Below are positions 20,215-30,615 of a stretch of 64,000 nucleotides of DNA, piece after piece. The first letter of the stretch is position 1, and each line of letters starts with the position of its first letter. Position numbers and translations under genes: made by a program. Origin of the DNA: Myxococcota bacterium (GTDB taxonomy: Bacteria > Myxococcota_A > UBA796 > UBA2385); assembly GCA_044344255.1 (NCBI GenBank), contig JBIJDH010000017.1:64001-128000 (forward strand). Direction: 5' to 3'. The notes under the pieces are model-generated. The model was not told where the DNA came from, searched no databases, and saw only the letters and a program-made list of their open reading frames with translations.

Positions 20215-21681
20215 TCAGGGTGCCCCGCCGAAGGTCCAGGTGGTCGCGAGGCCCAGGCGGTGCTCGATCGGCAGGGTCGCGTCCATCGGCATCTCCATCT
20301 CGTAGGCGAGGCCGGGGAGCACGTCGCCGCCCGCGTCGACGGGGAGCGAGAGGCCGAGGCCGAGATCGAGCAGCAGCCAAGCGTCGGCGTCGGTGGTCTC
20401 GGCCTGGGGGTCAAAGTAGCCCCAGCGCCCTGAGAGGACGAGCGCGCCCATCGAGGCGGCCGGCAGCGGCAAGCGCGCCTCCGCCGCCGCCTGGCCGCCG
20501 ATGAAGGCGACCGCCGCGCCCTCGACCCCTGCGGCGCCGTACTGGATGAGCGGCCCGTAGCCGGGGGCCGCGTTGCCCCCGAGGTACTCGCCCAGCACCC
20601 TCACCTGCTCGCCCTCCCACTCCACCGCCGCCGACACGCCCACGGTGGGGGCCCGGTCGAGGGGCTGCGGGGCGAGCTCCCCGGAGGCCACGAGCTTGAG
20701 CTTCGTGCCATAGACGAGGCGGGCCGACGCCGCGAGGGGGAAGGCGCCCGTGTCGAGCACCGGCCCGGCCTGCCCGTTGCCGAGGAGGACCGTCAGCGCG
20801 AGGCCCTTCCCCACCGCGCTCGCCGAGAGGCCGAGCTCCCGGTGAGGGGCCAACCCGGCCAGCTCCGCCACCGACTGACCGCGCACCGCGAGGGGCAGGT
20901 AGGCCCCGTCGGAGACGCTCGCGAAGTGGCCGACCAGGCCGAAGACCGGGTCCTGTACACCGAGGCGGAGCGAGGCCCCCGCCTCCCCCATCGAGCCGGG
21001 CTCGCCGTGGAGGTCGATCCAGGCGTCGTGGAAGAGGGCCGCCTCTCCCGGATCGAGCTCAGGGCTCCGGCCGTCGGGCGCGCTGAGATCAACCCCGGGG
21101 GCCGCGCTCAGCCGGAGCCGGGCGCGGGCGTGGTCGCCGAGCCGAGCCTCCCCGCCGAAGAGGGCGCGCGGCAGGCGGAAGGAGAGCCCTGGCGAGCTGT
21201 CTCCTTCGTGTTCGAGGTCGAAGACGAGGTCGGCCTGCAGCTCGGCCTGGACCGCGACACGCCCGAGGGGCGCCGGCTGGGCCAAGGCGGGCGGCGGGGC
21301 GGCGGCGGGCAGAGGGGCGGTGACGGGCAGCGGGGCGGCGGCGGGCGGCGGGGCGGCGGCGGGCGGCGGGGCGGCGGGCGGCGGCGGGTCCTGCGCGCCG
21401 CCTTCGCCAATCCAACCGCCGGCCCTGCGGATCACGCCCTCGGCCCAGTAGACGTCTGTCTTGGCCCCTCCCTCGTGTACGACGGTCCAGCGGCCGGTGG
21501 GGTCCGTCGCGACCGCCTCCCGCACGGCCGGTCGGCCCCCCACCGCGCCGTCCACGACGAAGACCCCGTCGGGCTTCACGAGCAGCTCATGCTCCGCGGC
21601 CCAGGCCCGGCCCGGGAGGCCCGCGACCCCGAGGGCGAGGGCCAGCGCGAGGGGCACGTTGAGCAGGGGGGCACGTCTCAT
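20215..21681 (-). CDS. Hypothetical exported protein with Pro/Ala linker and probable beta-barrel (porin-like) domain
   Basis: Signal peptide MRRAPLLNVPLALALALGVAGLPGRAWA; PPPAAA repeats; alternating beta-strand patterns (DAWIDL, LRLGVQDPVFG, RWGYFDP, LGLATTWTF). Start set at ATG 21681. Confidence 0.65.
   Translation of the reverse strand: MRRAPLLNVPLALALALGVAGLPGRAWAAEHELLVKPDGVFVVDGAVGGRPAVREAVATDPTGRWTVVHEGGAKTDVYWAEGVIRRAGGWIGEGGAQDPPPPAAPPPAAAPPPAAAPLPVTAPLPAAAPPPALAQPAPLGRVAVQAELQADLVFDLEHEGDSSPGLSFRLPRALFGGEARLGDHARARLRLSAAPGVDLSAPDGRSPELDPGEAALFHDAWIDLHGEPGSMGEAGASLRLGVQDPVFGLVGHFASVSDGAYLPLAVRGQSVAELAGLAPHRELGLSASAVGKGLALTVLLGNGQAGPVLDTGAFPLAASARLVYGTKLKLVASGELAPQPLDRAPTVGVSAAVEWEGEQVRVLGEYLGGNAAPGYGPLIQYGAAGVEGAAVAFIGGQAAAEARLPLPAASMGALVLSGRWGYFDPQAETTDADAWLLLDLGLGLSLPVDAGGDVLPGLAYEMEMPMDATLPIEHRLGLATTWTFGGAP
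21286..21388 (-). repeat. Imperfect 18-bp tandem repeat encoding a PPPAAA linker
   Basis: Recurrent gggcggcggggcggcggc units inside the CDS. Confidence 0.7.
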
Positions 21682-21729
21682 GCGGATTCCTTCGGCCTGG
21701 AGCGGGGCCACACGTTAGCCACCCGAGCC

Positions 21730-23886
21730 GTGACCATCAATGACGACCACTCGCCTGCCCTCGAGCCCCGCGTCTACCGCGGGCTCACCCTCGATCCCTT
21801 TCAAGCGCAGGCCATCGGCGCGCTGGAGGCCGGGCACAGCGTGCTCGTCTGCGCCCCCACCGGGACGGGCAAGACCGTCGTCGCCGACTGGATGGTGGAG
21901 AAGGTGCTCGCGCGCGGGCAGCAGGTGGTCTACACCGCGCCGATCAAGGCCCTGTCCAACCAGAAGTTCCGCGACTACTGCCGCATCTTCGGGGAAGACC
22001 GCGTCGGCCTCGTGACGGGTGACCTCGTCATTCGCCGAGACGCCCCCTGCCGGGTGATGACGACCGAGATCCTGCGCAACATGCTGCTCGTCGGGGATGA
22101 CCTCCCTGCGCTCGGCGCCGTCATCATCGACGAGATCCACTTCCTCGACGACCGCGAGCGCGGCACGACCTGGGAGGAGGTCCTCATCTACCTCCCGAAG
22201 AGCGTGCAGGTGGTGGGCCTCTCCGCCACGCTCAGCAACCTGCACGACTTCGCCGACTGGCTCGAGCACGTGCGCGGCAGCCGAGTCGAGGTGGTCGAGG
22301 AGTACCGCCGCGCCGTCCCCCTCGGCTTCCGGGTGGCCACCGCCGAGGGCGGCCTCCGCACCCCCGAGGACATGAGCCGCTTCTACAAGAGCTGGGTGCG
22401 AAAGAACGCCCACGCCTTGAAGAAGGCTGAGGTTGAGAACAAGGGCCGGCGCCGCGGCCGCGGCGAGCGCATCCGAGTCGGCCAGATGACCCGGCACAGC
22501 CAGGTCTTCCGCATGCTGTGGCCCGACGACGCGCCCTACATGTACTTCGTGTTCTCGCGCCGCGACGCCGAGGGCATGGCCCGCGCCCTCTCCCAGAAGC
22601 TGCCCGAGAGCTTGCTCACCGAGGCCGAGCACGACCAGGTCGTCGAGCGGCTCACCGCCTTCGCCGCCACCCCCGGCGCCGAGACGGCCCTCGAGCAGTC
22701 GCTCGGCGACATGTACCTCACGGGGGTCGCCTTCCACCACGCCGGCCTCCACGTGATGCTGAAGGCCCTGGTCGAGGAGCTCTACGAGAAGCGGCTGGTC
22801 AAGGTGCTCTACTGCACGAGCACCTTCGCCCTCGGCATCAACATGCCGGCCCGCACCGCGGTCTTTGACGGCCTGATGCGCTTCGACGGGCGGGAGATCA
22901 TCCCGCTCCCCTCCCGCGAGTTCATGCAGATGGCCGGCCGCGCCGGGCGCCGCGGCATGGACGAAGAGGGCCTCGTCGTGGTGCGCACCAACATGGAGGA
23001 GTGGGAGGAGCTCGAGCCGCGCCTCAAGGTCTACCTGCAGGGCAAGGTGGAGCCCGTCCGTAGCCGCTTCTCGCTCTCCTTCAACTCGGTGGTCAACCTC
23101 CTCGAGCGCCACCCCTCCGACCGCATCCGCGCCATCGTCGAGATGAGCTTCCTCGCCTTCCACCGGCGGCGACAGGCCGAGCGCGACCAAAAGCAGGCCG
23201 AAGACCGCCTCGCCGAGCTCCAGGCCGAGCCCCACGGGGAGCGGAGCCCGAAGGAGCGCGAGAAGGAGCTGCGCCGCCTGCGCGACAGCCTGAACCGCGC
23301 CGGCAGCACCGCGGACCGCACCTGGGACGAGCTCCAAGAGAAGGTCGCCTTCCTCAAGAACTACGCCTACATCGCCGAGGACGGGAGCTTCAACGCCGGC
23401 GCCCGCGTCCTGCGCCATATCCAGATCTCGGAGATCTTCGTCACCGAGCTGTTCCTGGACGGCATCCTCGACGAGCTCGACGCCAACACCCTCTTCGGCG
23501 TGCTCTGCGGCATCTGCGCCTCCCTGCCCCGCGGCGCCACGACGAACGCTGGCAAAACCACCCGCAGCCTCGGCAAGCGCATCGACCTCATCCGCTTCAG
23601 CGAGATCGTGGTCGGCGCCGAGGAGCTGACCAAGGTGCAGGTCACCTGGGACGCCGACATGATCGCCTTCGGCTGCTGGTGGGCCGAGGGGCGCAGCCTG
23701 GGCGAGCTGATGATGAACGTCCAGAGCACCACCGACATCTCGGGCGACCTCGTCGGCGCCTTCCGCCGCGCCAAGGACCTCGCCCAGCAGCTCAAGGGCC
23801 CCTGGGCCGAAGACCGCGCCCGCGTCTCGATGCTCGACGGGCTGATCCGCAAGGTGACCCGGGACGAGGTCGAGGTCGTCGATTGA
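21730..23886 (+). CDS. Ski2-like (HelY-type) DEAD/DEAH-box RNA helicase
   Basis: LDPFQ, APTGTGKT, YTAPIKALSNQK, DEIH, LSAT, FHHAGL, GINMPART, QMAGRAGRRG. Likely GTG start at 21730; the track's upstream extension overlaps the opposite-strand gene. Confidence 0.92.
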   Translation: MTINDDHSPALEPRVYRGLTLDPFQAQAIGALEAGHSVLVCAPTGTGKTVVADWMVEKVLARGQQVVYTAPIKALSNQKFRDYCRIFGEDRVGLVTGDLVIRRDAPCRVMTTEILRNMLLVGDDLPALGAVIIDEIHFLDDRERGTTWEEVLIYLPKSVQVVGLSATLSNLHDFADWLEHVRGSRVEVVEEYRRAVPLGFRVATAEGGLRTPEDMSRFYKSWVRKNAHALKKAEVENKGRRRGRGERIRVGQMTRHSQVFRMLWPDDAPYMYFVFSRRDAEGMARALSQKLPESLLTEAEHDQVVERLTAFAATPGAETALEQSLGDMYLTGVAFHHAGLHVMLKALVEELYEKRLVKVLYCTSTFALGINMPARTAVFDGLMRFDGREIIPLPSREFMQMAGRAGRRGMDEEGLVVVRTNMEEWEELEPRLKVYLQGKVEPVRSRFSLSFNSVVNLLERHPSDRIRAIVEMSFLAFHRRRQAERDQKQAEDRLAELQAEPHGERSPKEREKELRRLRDSLNRAGSTADRTWDELQEKVAFLKNYAYIAEDGSFNAGARVLRHIQISEIFVTELFLDGILDELDANTLFGVLCGICASLPRGATTNAGKTTRSLGKRIDLIRFSEIVVGAEELTKVQVTWDADMIAFGCWWAEGRSLGELMMNVQSTTDISGDLVGAFRRAKDLAQQLKGPWAEDRARVSMLDGLIRKVTRDEVEVVD

Positions 23887-24611
23887 CCCCGCTCCTCGAC
23901 AGCGGGCTGCCCCCGGTAGAAGACGGCCCGCTGCCGGTCTTAGCGGAGGGGCCCGGTTGGCTCGTAGTGGACAAACCCTCGCGGGTCATCGTCCACTACA
24001 ACCCGCAGAATCGAAACGGCGAGCGGCCGGCCCTGCAGCGGGTGCGCGACCAGGTCGGCCGGCCGGTCTTCCTGATCCATCGCCTCGATCGCCAGGCCTC
24101 GGGCTGCCTCCTCTTCGCCACTCTCCCGGAGCTGGCGGGGCCGCTGTCGGCCTGCCTGAACGGACCGGATAGCGAGAAGGAGTACCTCGCCTTCGTGCGC
24201 GGGCGCTACAAGCTGCCGAGCCCCCAGGTGATCGAGACGCCGATGAAGGACTCCCGCGGCGTGCTGCGCGAGGCGCGCTCCGTCGTGCGGTGCCTCGGCG
24301 CCAGTGAGGCCCCGCGCTGCAGCCTGCTGCACGTCGCGCCCGAGACCGGGCGCTTCCACCAGGTGCGGCGCCACGTCCGCGACCTCGGGCACCCCATCCT
24401 CGGCGACGGCGAGCACGGCGACTCACGGGTCAACCGCGACTGGCGGGAGGGCTTCGGCCTCAACCGCCTCGGGCTGCACGCCCGCCGCCTCTCAATGCCC
24501 CTGCCCGAAGGGGGCCGCCTCGACGTGAGGGCCCCCCTCCCCGAGGACCTGCGCCACGTGCTGTGTCGCATGCCCTGGTGGGAAGATGTTCGGGAGGCGG
24601 TCGGCGGCTAA
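23883..24611 (+). CDS. RluA/TruC-family RNA pseudouridine synthase
   Basis: VVDKPS, HRLDRQASG (catalytic Asp), TGRFHQVRRH, GHPILGD, LHA. In-frame TTG at 23883 overlaps the helicase stop. Confidence 0.9.
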   Translation: MTPLLDSGLPPVEDGPLPVLAEGPGWLVVDKPSRVIVHYNPQNRNGERPALQRVRDQVGRPVFLIHRLDRQASGCLLFATLPELAGPLSACLNGPDSEKEYLAFVRGRYKLPSPQVIETPMKDSRGVLREARSVVRCLGASEAPRCSLLHVAPETGRFHQVRRHVRDLGHPILGDGEHGDSRVNRDWREGFGLNRLGLHARRLSMPLPEGGRLDVRAPLPEDLRHVLCRMPWWEDVREAVGG

Positions 24612-24743
24612 GAAGGGAGCCTACGGCAGAGCAGACTCACGCAGATCTGCACAGCGACGGGCAGCGCCGGCCGACGGAATGAGCAGGTTCGACGTGGGCA
24701 CACGGACGACGCCCGGTGATGTTGGGGGGGTGGAGGAATCACC

Positions 24744-26192
24744 ATGCGCCCCGCCCTGCCCCTCGGCCTCAACCTGCTCCTCACCCTCAGCCTCAGCCTC
24801 AGCCTCGGTGCCACCCTGCTCGCTCACCCGGCCGGCGCCTGTCCCACGATCGCCACCGGCACCACCTCGCAGCTCTCCTTCGACACCGCTCAGGTGGCCA
24901 TTACCCACGTAGACGGTCGGACCACCTTCAGCGTGTCGATCAACCCGCTCGGTGAGCCGCAAGACTTCGCCCTCGTCATGCCGGTCCCCACCCTCCTCCG
25001 CGAGAGTGACATCCGCACGCTCGACAGCGCGATCTTCGCCGAGCTCGACGGCTACACCGCGCCCCGCCACGTCGCAGACGCGGGCTGCGGGTACGTCGGC
25101 TACGTCCCCTGCAATGACGGCTCGATGAGCGGCTCGGACGGCTCAGGTGAGGGTGAGGGTGAGGGTGAGGGTGAGGCCTTCGAGGAGGAGGGCGGCGTCG
25201 ATGTCGAGGCCCACTACCTGATCGGCGGCTACTCCATCTCCATCCTCTCCGCCGAGGAGTCCGGCTCCCTCAGCCTCTGGCTCGACACCAACGGCTACCA
25301 CCTCCCCGAGGGCGCGGAGGAGCGGCTGGCCGAGTACATCGAGGCCGGCAGCTACTTCATGGTCGCCAAGGTCGACGACAGCGCCGCCACGGCCGACGGT
25401 AGCCCCCTCTCTCCCCTCCAGGTGGCCTACGACGCCGACATCTACGCCATCCCCATCCGCCTGGCCGCGCTGAGCGCGATCGAAGACCAGGACATGGTGA
25501 TCTACGCCTTGAGCGACGCGGAGCAAGGGCAGGTCGGCATCGCCACCTATGAACAGATCGAGGTCCCCGAGGTCTGCCTGTGGGGGGGTGACGGTGAGCG
25601 CGACTTCGCGGCCTACTACGACGACCTCTTCGAGCAGCAACACGCCGCCGTCGGGGGCGCCGCCTGGGCGGTCGAATTCTCCGACCTCGCGGGGAACTGC
25701 AGCCCCTGCACCGCCTACAACCCCTTCTTTGACCGCAAGGTGATGAAAGAGCTCGGCTTCTCGGATCACGCCGACGACGGCGGGCAGGAGTGGCCCTGGA
25801 TCACCCGCATCCACATGCGCTACTCCCGAGAGACCGCCGACGTCGACCTCATGCTCTACAATTCCGGCATCCAGTCGGCAGACGCGCTCACCTACGCCGA
25901 CGACGTCCTCTGGAACCGCGCCTGCGTCGACCACTACTGCGACGGCACACCCGCGGAGGCGCCCCCGGCCACCGTCTACGAGGACTGTGGCGAGGAGGGA
26001 GGCGGGAGTGAGGCGACCGACACCGACGCCGACGGCGTGCTCGGGGGCGGGGGCCGCGGCTGCTCCACCGGGAGCGCCAGCGATGAACGGACCAGCAGGC
26101 TCGGCCTCGGGCTGGTCCTCTCCGGCCTCGCCTACATCGTCACGGTGTCGGCCACGTCCTTGAAGGCGGCGATGCGGTCGAAGCTCATGTAG
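24744..26192 (+). CDS. DUF2330-like exported protein with C-terminal membrane anchor
   Basis: GGAGG RBS; signal peptide; [35 protein letters not shown] pattern; GGRGCS followed by a hydrophobic tail. Confidence 0.75.
   Translation: MRPALPLGLNLLLTLSLSLSLGATLLAHPAGACPTIATGTTSQLSFDTAQVAITHVDGRTTFSVSINPLGEPQDFALVMPVPTLLRESDIRTLDSAIFAELDGYTAPRHVADAGCGYVGYVPCNDGSMSGSDGSGEGEGEGEGEAFEEEGGVDVEAHYLIGGYSISILSAEESGSLSLWLDTNGYHLPEGAEERLAEYIEAGSYFMVAKVDDSAATADGSPLSPLQVAYDADIYAIPIRLAALSAIEDQDMVIYALSDAEQGQVGIATYEQIEVPEVCLWGGDGERDFAAYYDDLFEQQHAAVGGAAWAVEFSDLAGNCSPCTAYNPFFDRKVMKELGFSDHADDGGQEWPWITRIHMRYSRETADVDLMLYNSGIQSADALTYADDVLWNRACVDHYCDGTPAEAPPATVYEDCGEEGGGSEATDTDADGVLGGGGRGCSTGSASDERTSRLGLGLVLSGLAYIVTVSATSLKAAMRSKLM
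25146..25175 (+). repeat. (GGTGAG)5 microsatellite encoding a Gly-Glu linker
   Basis: Five exact hexamer copies. Confidence 0.85.
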
Positions 26193-28717
26193 CGGTAGAT
26201 CTCCGCCGCCTTCTTGTTCACCACCTCCACCTGTGAGAGGTACTCCTCCACCGTGGGGATGCGGCCCAGCAAGGCGCAGACCGCCGCCAGCTCCGCCGAG
26301 GCGAGGTAGACCCGCGTGTCGAGGCCGAGGCGGTTCGGGAAGTTCCGCGTCGACGTCGAGACGGCGGTGGAGCCTCGCTTGATCTGCGCCTGGTTGCCCA
26401 TGCACAGAGAACAGCCGGGGAGCTCCAGCCGCGCGCCTGAGCGGCCGAGGACGCCGTAGTAGCCCTCCTCGGTGAGGATCATCGCGTCCATGCGGGTGGG
26501 CGGGGCCACCCAGAGGCGCACCGGCAGATCGGGCTTGCCGTCGAGCACCTTCCCGGCGGCGCGGAAGTGGCCGATGTTGGTCATGCAGGAGCCGATGAAG
26601 ACCTCGTCGATCTTGTCCCCGGTCACGGCCGAGAGCGGCTTGATGTCGTCGGGGTCGTTCGGGCAGGCGAGCAGGGGCTCACGGATGGTCTCGAGGTCGA
26701 TCTCGATCACCTCGGCGTACTGGGCGTCGGCGTCGGGGGCGAGGAGCTTCGGGTCCTGGATCCAGGCCTCCATCGCCTGGATGCGGCGGCGGATGGAGCG
26801 GGCGTCCTCGTAGCCGCAGCCGATCATCCACTTGAGGAGCGTGATGTTCGACCGCAGGTACTCGATGATCGGCTCTTTGTTCAAGCGCACCGTGCAGCCG
26901 GCGGCCGAGCGCTCGGCGCTGGCGTCGGAGAGCTCGAAGGCCTGCTCGATCTTGAGGTCAGGCAGGCCCTCAATCTCGAGGATGCGCCCGGAGAAGACGT
27001 TCTTCTTCCCCTTCTTCTCGACGGTGAGCAGCCCCCGCTGGATGGCGGCGTAGGGGATGGCGTTGACAAGGTCGCGCAGGGTGACCCCGGGCTGCATCTG
27101 CCCCTTGAAGCGCACCAGCACGGACTCCGGCATGTCGAGGGGCATCACGCCGGTCGCGGCGGCGAAGGCCACGAGGCCCGACCCGGCCGGGAACGAGATG
27201 CCGATGGGGAAGCGGGTGTGGGAGTCGCCGCCCGTGCCCACGGTGTCGGGCAGCAGCATGCGGTTCAACCAGGAGTGGATCACCCCGTCGCCCGCCCGGA
27301 GAGAGATGCCGCCGCGGCTCGTGATGAAGGCGGGGAGCTGCTTGTGCAGGGCCACATCGACGGGCTTGGGGTAGGCCGCGGTGTGGCAGAAGGACTGCAT
27401 CACGAGGTCGGCCGAGAAGCCGAGGCAAGCGAGGTCTTTCAGCTCATCGCGGGTCATCGGGCCCGTCGTGTCCTGGGAGCCGACGGAGGCCATCCGGGGC
27501 TCGCAGTAGGTACCGGGGCGTACGCCCTGGCCCTCGGGGAAGCCGCAGGCGCGGCCGACCATCTTCTGGGCGAGGGTGTAGCCCTTGCCGCTGTCCGCCG
27601 GCGTGACCGGCAGGCGGAAGAGGGTGGAGGGACCGAGGCCGAGGGCCTCGCGGGCCCGGCCGGTGAGCGCGCGCCCGATGATCAGGTTGATGCGGCCTCC
27701 GGCGCGCACCTCGTCAAGCAGCACGTCGGAGCGCAGAGAGAAGGTGGAGACCACCTGCCCGTCCTTCTCGATCCGGCCCGCGTAGGGGTAGATGTCGATG
27801 ACATCGCCCGTGTTCATCTGTGAGACGTCACACTCGATCGGGAAGGCGCCGGCGTCCTCCTGGGTGTTGAAGAAGATGGGCGCGATCTTCGAGCCCAGGC
27901 AGAAGCCGCCGAAGCGCTTGTTGGGGACATGGGGGATGTCGTCCCCGGTCCACCAGAGCACCGAGTTGGTGGCGGACTTGCGGGAGGAGCCCGTGCCCAC
28001 CACGTCGCCGACGTAGGCCACCGGGTGTCCCTTTTCGCCGAGGGCCTGGATCATCTTGATCGGCCCGCGTACGCCCGGCTCCTCGGGGACGATGCCCTCG
28101 CGCGCGTTCTTGAGCATCGCGAGGGCGTGGAGCGGGATGTCGGGGCGGCTCCAGGCGTCGGGAGCGGGGGAGAGGTCGTCGGTGTTGGTCTCGCCGGTCA
28201 CCTTGAAGACGGTGACGGTGGCCTTCTCGGGGAGGGCCGGGCGGGCGCTGAACCACTCGCCGTCGGCCCAGCTCTGGAGCACCGCCTGCGCGTGGGCGTT
28301 TCCGGCCTTGGCCTTCACCACGACGTCGTGGAAGGCGTCGAACATCAAGAGCGTGCCCTTGAGCGCGGTAGCGGCGACGGTGGCCACGGCCTCATCGTCG
28401 AGCAGCGCGACCAACGGGGCCACGTTGTAGCCGCCGACCATCGTGCCGAGGAGGGCCGTGGCCGCGGCGCGATCGATCAGCGGTGAGGCGGACTCTCCCC
28501 GCGCGAGCTCGAAGAGGAAGCCCGCCTTGACCTGCGCGGCCTCATCGACGCCCGCCGGGACGCGGTGCGTGAGGAGCTCGACCAGGACGGCGCCCTCGCC
28601 CTCTGGCGGGCTGCGCAGGAGCTCGACGAGTCCGGTCACCTGGGCGCGGTTGAGGGGGAGCGGGGGGATGCCGAGGGCGGCGCGCTCGGCGACATGGGCT
28701 CGGTAGGATGCGAGCAT
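26132..28717 (-). CDS. acnB: Bifunctional aconitate hydratase 2/2-methylisocitrate dehydratase
   Basis: [79 protein letters not shown]. Confidence 0.97.
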   Translation of the reverse strand: MLASYRAHVAERAALGIPPLPLNRAQVTGLVELLRSPPEGEGAVLVELLTHRVPAGVDEAAQVKAGFLFELARGESASPLIDRAAATALLGTMVGGYNVAPLVALLDDEAVATVAATALKGTLLMFDAFHDVVVKAKAGNAHAQAVLQSWADGEWFSARPALPEKATVTVFKVTGETNTDDLSPAPDAWSRPDIPLHALAMLKNAREGIVPEEPGVRGPIKMIQALGEKGHPVAYVGDVVGTGSSRKSATNSVLWWTGDDIPHVPNKRFGGFCLGSKIAPIFFNTQEDAGAFPIECDVSQMNTGDVIDIYPYAGRIEKDGQVVSTFSLRSDVLLDEVRAGGRINLIIGRALTGRAREALGLGPSTLFRLPVTPADSGKGYTLAQKMVGRACGFPEGQGVRPGTYCEPRMASVGSQDTTGPMTRDELKDLACLGFSADLVMQSFCHTAAYPKPVDVALHKQLPAFITSRGGISLRAGDGVIHSWLNRMLLPDTVGTGGDSHTRFPIGISFPAGSGLVAFAAATGVMPLDMPESVLVRFKGQMQPGVTLRDLVNAIPYAAIQRGLLTVEKKGKKNVFSGRILEIEGLPDLKIEQAFELSDASAERSAAGCTVRLNKEPIIEYLRSNITLLKWMIGCGYEDARSIRRRIQAMEAWIQDPKLLAPDADAQYAEVIEIDLETIREPLLACPNDPDDIKPLSAVTGDKIDEVFIGSCMTNIGHFRAAGKVLDGKPDLPVRLWVAPPTRMDAMILTEEGYYGVLGRSGARLELPGCSLCMGNQAQIKRGSTAVSTSTRNFPNRLGLDTRVYLASAELAAVCALLGRIPTVEEYLSQVEVVNKKAAEIYRYMSFDRIAAFKDVADTVTM

Positions 28718-28845
28718 GAAGGACCTCTCGTCAGGGGCCGGAGCCTATCCACGGCGCGGGGCCTCGGCACCCGTCGGGGACGCGGAGACGACTGGGCTAC
28801 ACTCGCGGCCGGGACGCCGGCCCTAGCGGGCCGCCGGGGGAGCCG

Positions 28846-30597
28846 ATGGACGAGCAAGGTGAGCGAGGGGGGCAGCGTCTCGCGTGGACCGATCATCTCG
28901 CGGAGACCCATCCCGGCGAGCAGGACGGCCTGCTCCGGGGGCCCACCTGGAAGGGCTGGTCCCTCCGCGCGGATCACGATGACCTCACGGCCCTCAAACG
29001 AGCCGTCCGCTCGGTGACCGGCCCCGCCACCGCCCGCGGGCGGCTGGCCGATCCCCGGCGGCTCCGACGCCGCGGGGGGCGCTTCGTCCTTCCGGTGGCG
29101 GTCGGCGCGCACCCCGATGATCGGTCGGCCTGGGCCCTCACCCACGCCCTGCGCGCCCTCCCCGGCGTGCTCGCCGCCGAGCCCCTCTTCGAGCTCGCGC
29201 TCGGTCCCGCCGAGGCCACCGCCCACCCCGACGCGCCGCCGGCCCCGACCGACCCCGAGTGGGCGCTCGACCGACTGCAGGTGCGGGCGGCCTGGCCCCT
29301 CAGCCGCGGCGCAGGGATCCGCATCGCCCATCCGGACAGCGGCTACCGCGCTCACCCTCAGCTCTGGACCGCCGAGAGCCCGAACCCGCGCATCGACACC
29401 GCGGCGGAAAAGAGCTTCTTCGCCTTCGATCGGCGGGTGGAGAACCACCAGGGAGACCACGGGCTCGGCACCGCCAGCGTGATGGTGAGCCCCCGCGAAG
29501 ACGGTCCCACCGCGGCGCGGGTCACCGGCGTGGCGCCGGAGGCCACCCTCATCCCCCTGCGGGTGACCAAGCCCCACGCGGTCGCCCCCGCGCCCGTGCT
29601 GCTGTGGAGCGGGACCGAGCGCCTGGTCTCCGCGATCGACTACGCCGTCCGCTCGGCGCGCGCGCACGTCCTCTCGGTGAGCCTCGGCTGGATCGGCACC
29701 GGCGAGCTCCACCGCGCGGTTCGCCGCGCCTATGAGGCCGACGTCATCGTCATCGCCGCCGCGGGCAACTATCTCCCCTTCTTCGTGGCCTGGCCGGCCG
29801 CCTACCCCGAGGTCGTCGGCGTCGCCGGCTCCACAGCGGGGGACGGCCCCTGGCCCTGGTCGGGGGTGGGCCCCGCGGTCGATGTGGCCGCCCCCGCCAG
29901 CGGGGTCTGGCGGGCCGTCATCGACCCGGAGGGGCGGCCCACCGTGCGGCCGGGAGACGGCACCTCCTTCTCCACCGCCCTCGTCTCCGGCCTCTGCGCC
30001 CTCTGGCTCGCCCACCACGGCCGCGCCGCGCTCATCGCCGCGCACACCGCGCCCGGGGAGGGTGTGCAGCTCACCGACGTCTTCCTGTCAGCGCTGTCCC
30101 GGACCTGCACGCCCCTCCGCCACCCCCTGCTGCCCAGCCCACCGCTCATCGAGGCGGGGGCAGAGGGCCCGCTCAAGGGCTTCGGGGCCGGCCTGCCAGA
30201 CGCCCGGCGCCTGCTGACCACGCCGATCCCGCCGCGCAGCACGCTGGTGGCCGAGGCCTCGGCTCGTCGCGCCGCCCACCCGAGCTCGATGATGGAGACC
30301 CTCAACCCCGCCGCCCGAACCCTCGTCCTCGAGGCCCTGGGGCTCGATCCCTCTGGCGAGGCCATCCGCGCCGAGCCCGGGCTCGACGAGGAGCTGGTGT
30401 TCCTGCTCCTCACCCGCCCGGCGCTGCGTCACGCGCTCCTCGCCACCCTCCCCGGCGCGCCGCCCGCCGCGGTCCCGCCGGCGCCGTCCTCGTCCCCCGC
30501 CGCAGGCGCCTTGGACCGCCTCCGAGCCGGCCTGACCAGCGCCGTCGCCGAGGCGGGCTCACCGGCCCTCCGCGCCGCGCTGCGCTCCCAGGTCTGA
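28846..30597 (+). CDS. S8 (subtilisin-like) serine peptidase
   Basis: Catalytic triad motifs IAHPDSGY, DHGLGTAS and GDGTSFST; oxyanion motif AAAGN. Confidence 0.88.
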   Translation: MDEQGERGGQRLAWTDHLAETHPGEQDGLLRGPTWKGWSLRADHDDLTALKRAVRSVTGPATARGRLADPRRLRRRGGRFVLPVAVGAHPDDRSAWALTHALRALPGVLAAEPLFELALGPAEATAHPDAPPAPTDPEWALDRLQVRAAWPLSRGAGIRIAHPDSGYRAHPQLWTAESPNPRIDTAAEKSFFAFDRRVENHQGDHGLGTASVMVSPREDGPTAARVTGVAPEATLIPLRVTKPHAVAPAPVLLWSGTERLVSAIDYAVRSARAHVLSVSLGWIGTGELHRAVRRAYEADVIVIAAAGNYLPFFVAWPAAYPEVVGVAGSTAGDGPWPWSGVGPAVDVAAPASGVWRAVIDPEGRPTVRPGDGTSFSTALVSGLCALWLAHHGRAALIAAHTAPGEGVQLTDVFLSALSRTCTPLRHPLLPSPPLIEAGAEGPLKGFGAGLPDARRLLTTPIPPRSTLVAEASARRAAHPSSMMETLNPAARTLVLEALGLDPSGEAIRAEPGLDEELVFLLLTRPALRHALLATLPGAPPAAVPPAPSSSPAAGALDRLRAGLTSAVAEAGSPALRAALRSQV

Positions 30598-30615
30598 GCG
30601 ACCCGCGGCCGACCG

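Noticed and set aside
20842..21729. N-terminal extension of the helicase ORF
   Set aside because: Overlaps the opposite-strand gene; helicase-like sequence begins only after GTG 21730.
21730..24611. Helicase as part of an anti-phage defence system
   Set aside because: Ordinary HelY-type helicase coupled to a pseudouridine synthase, which is an RNA-metabolism context with no nuclease or defence partner.
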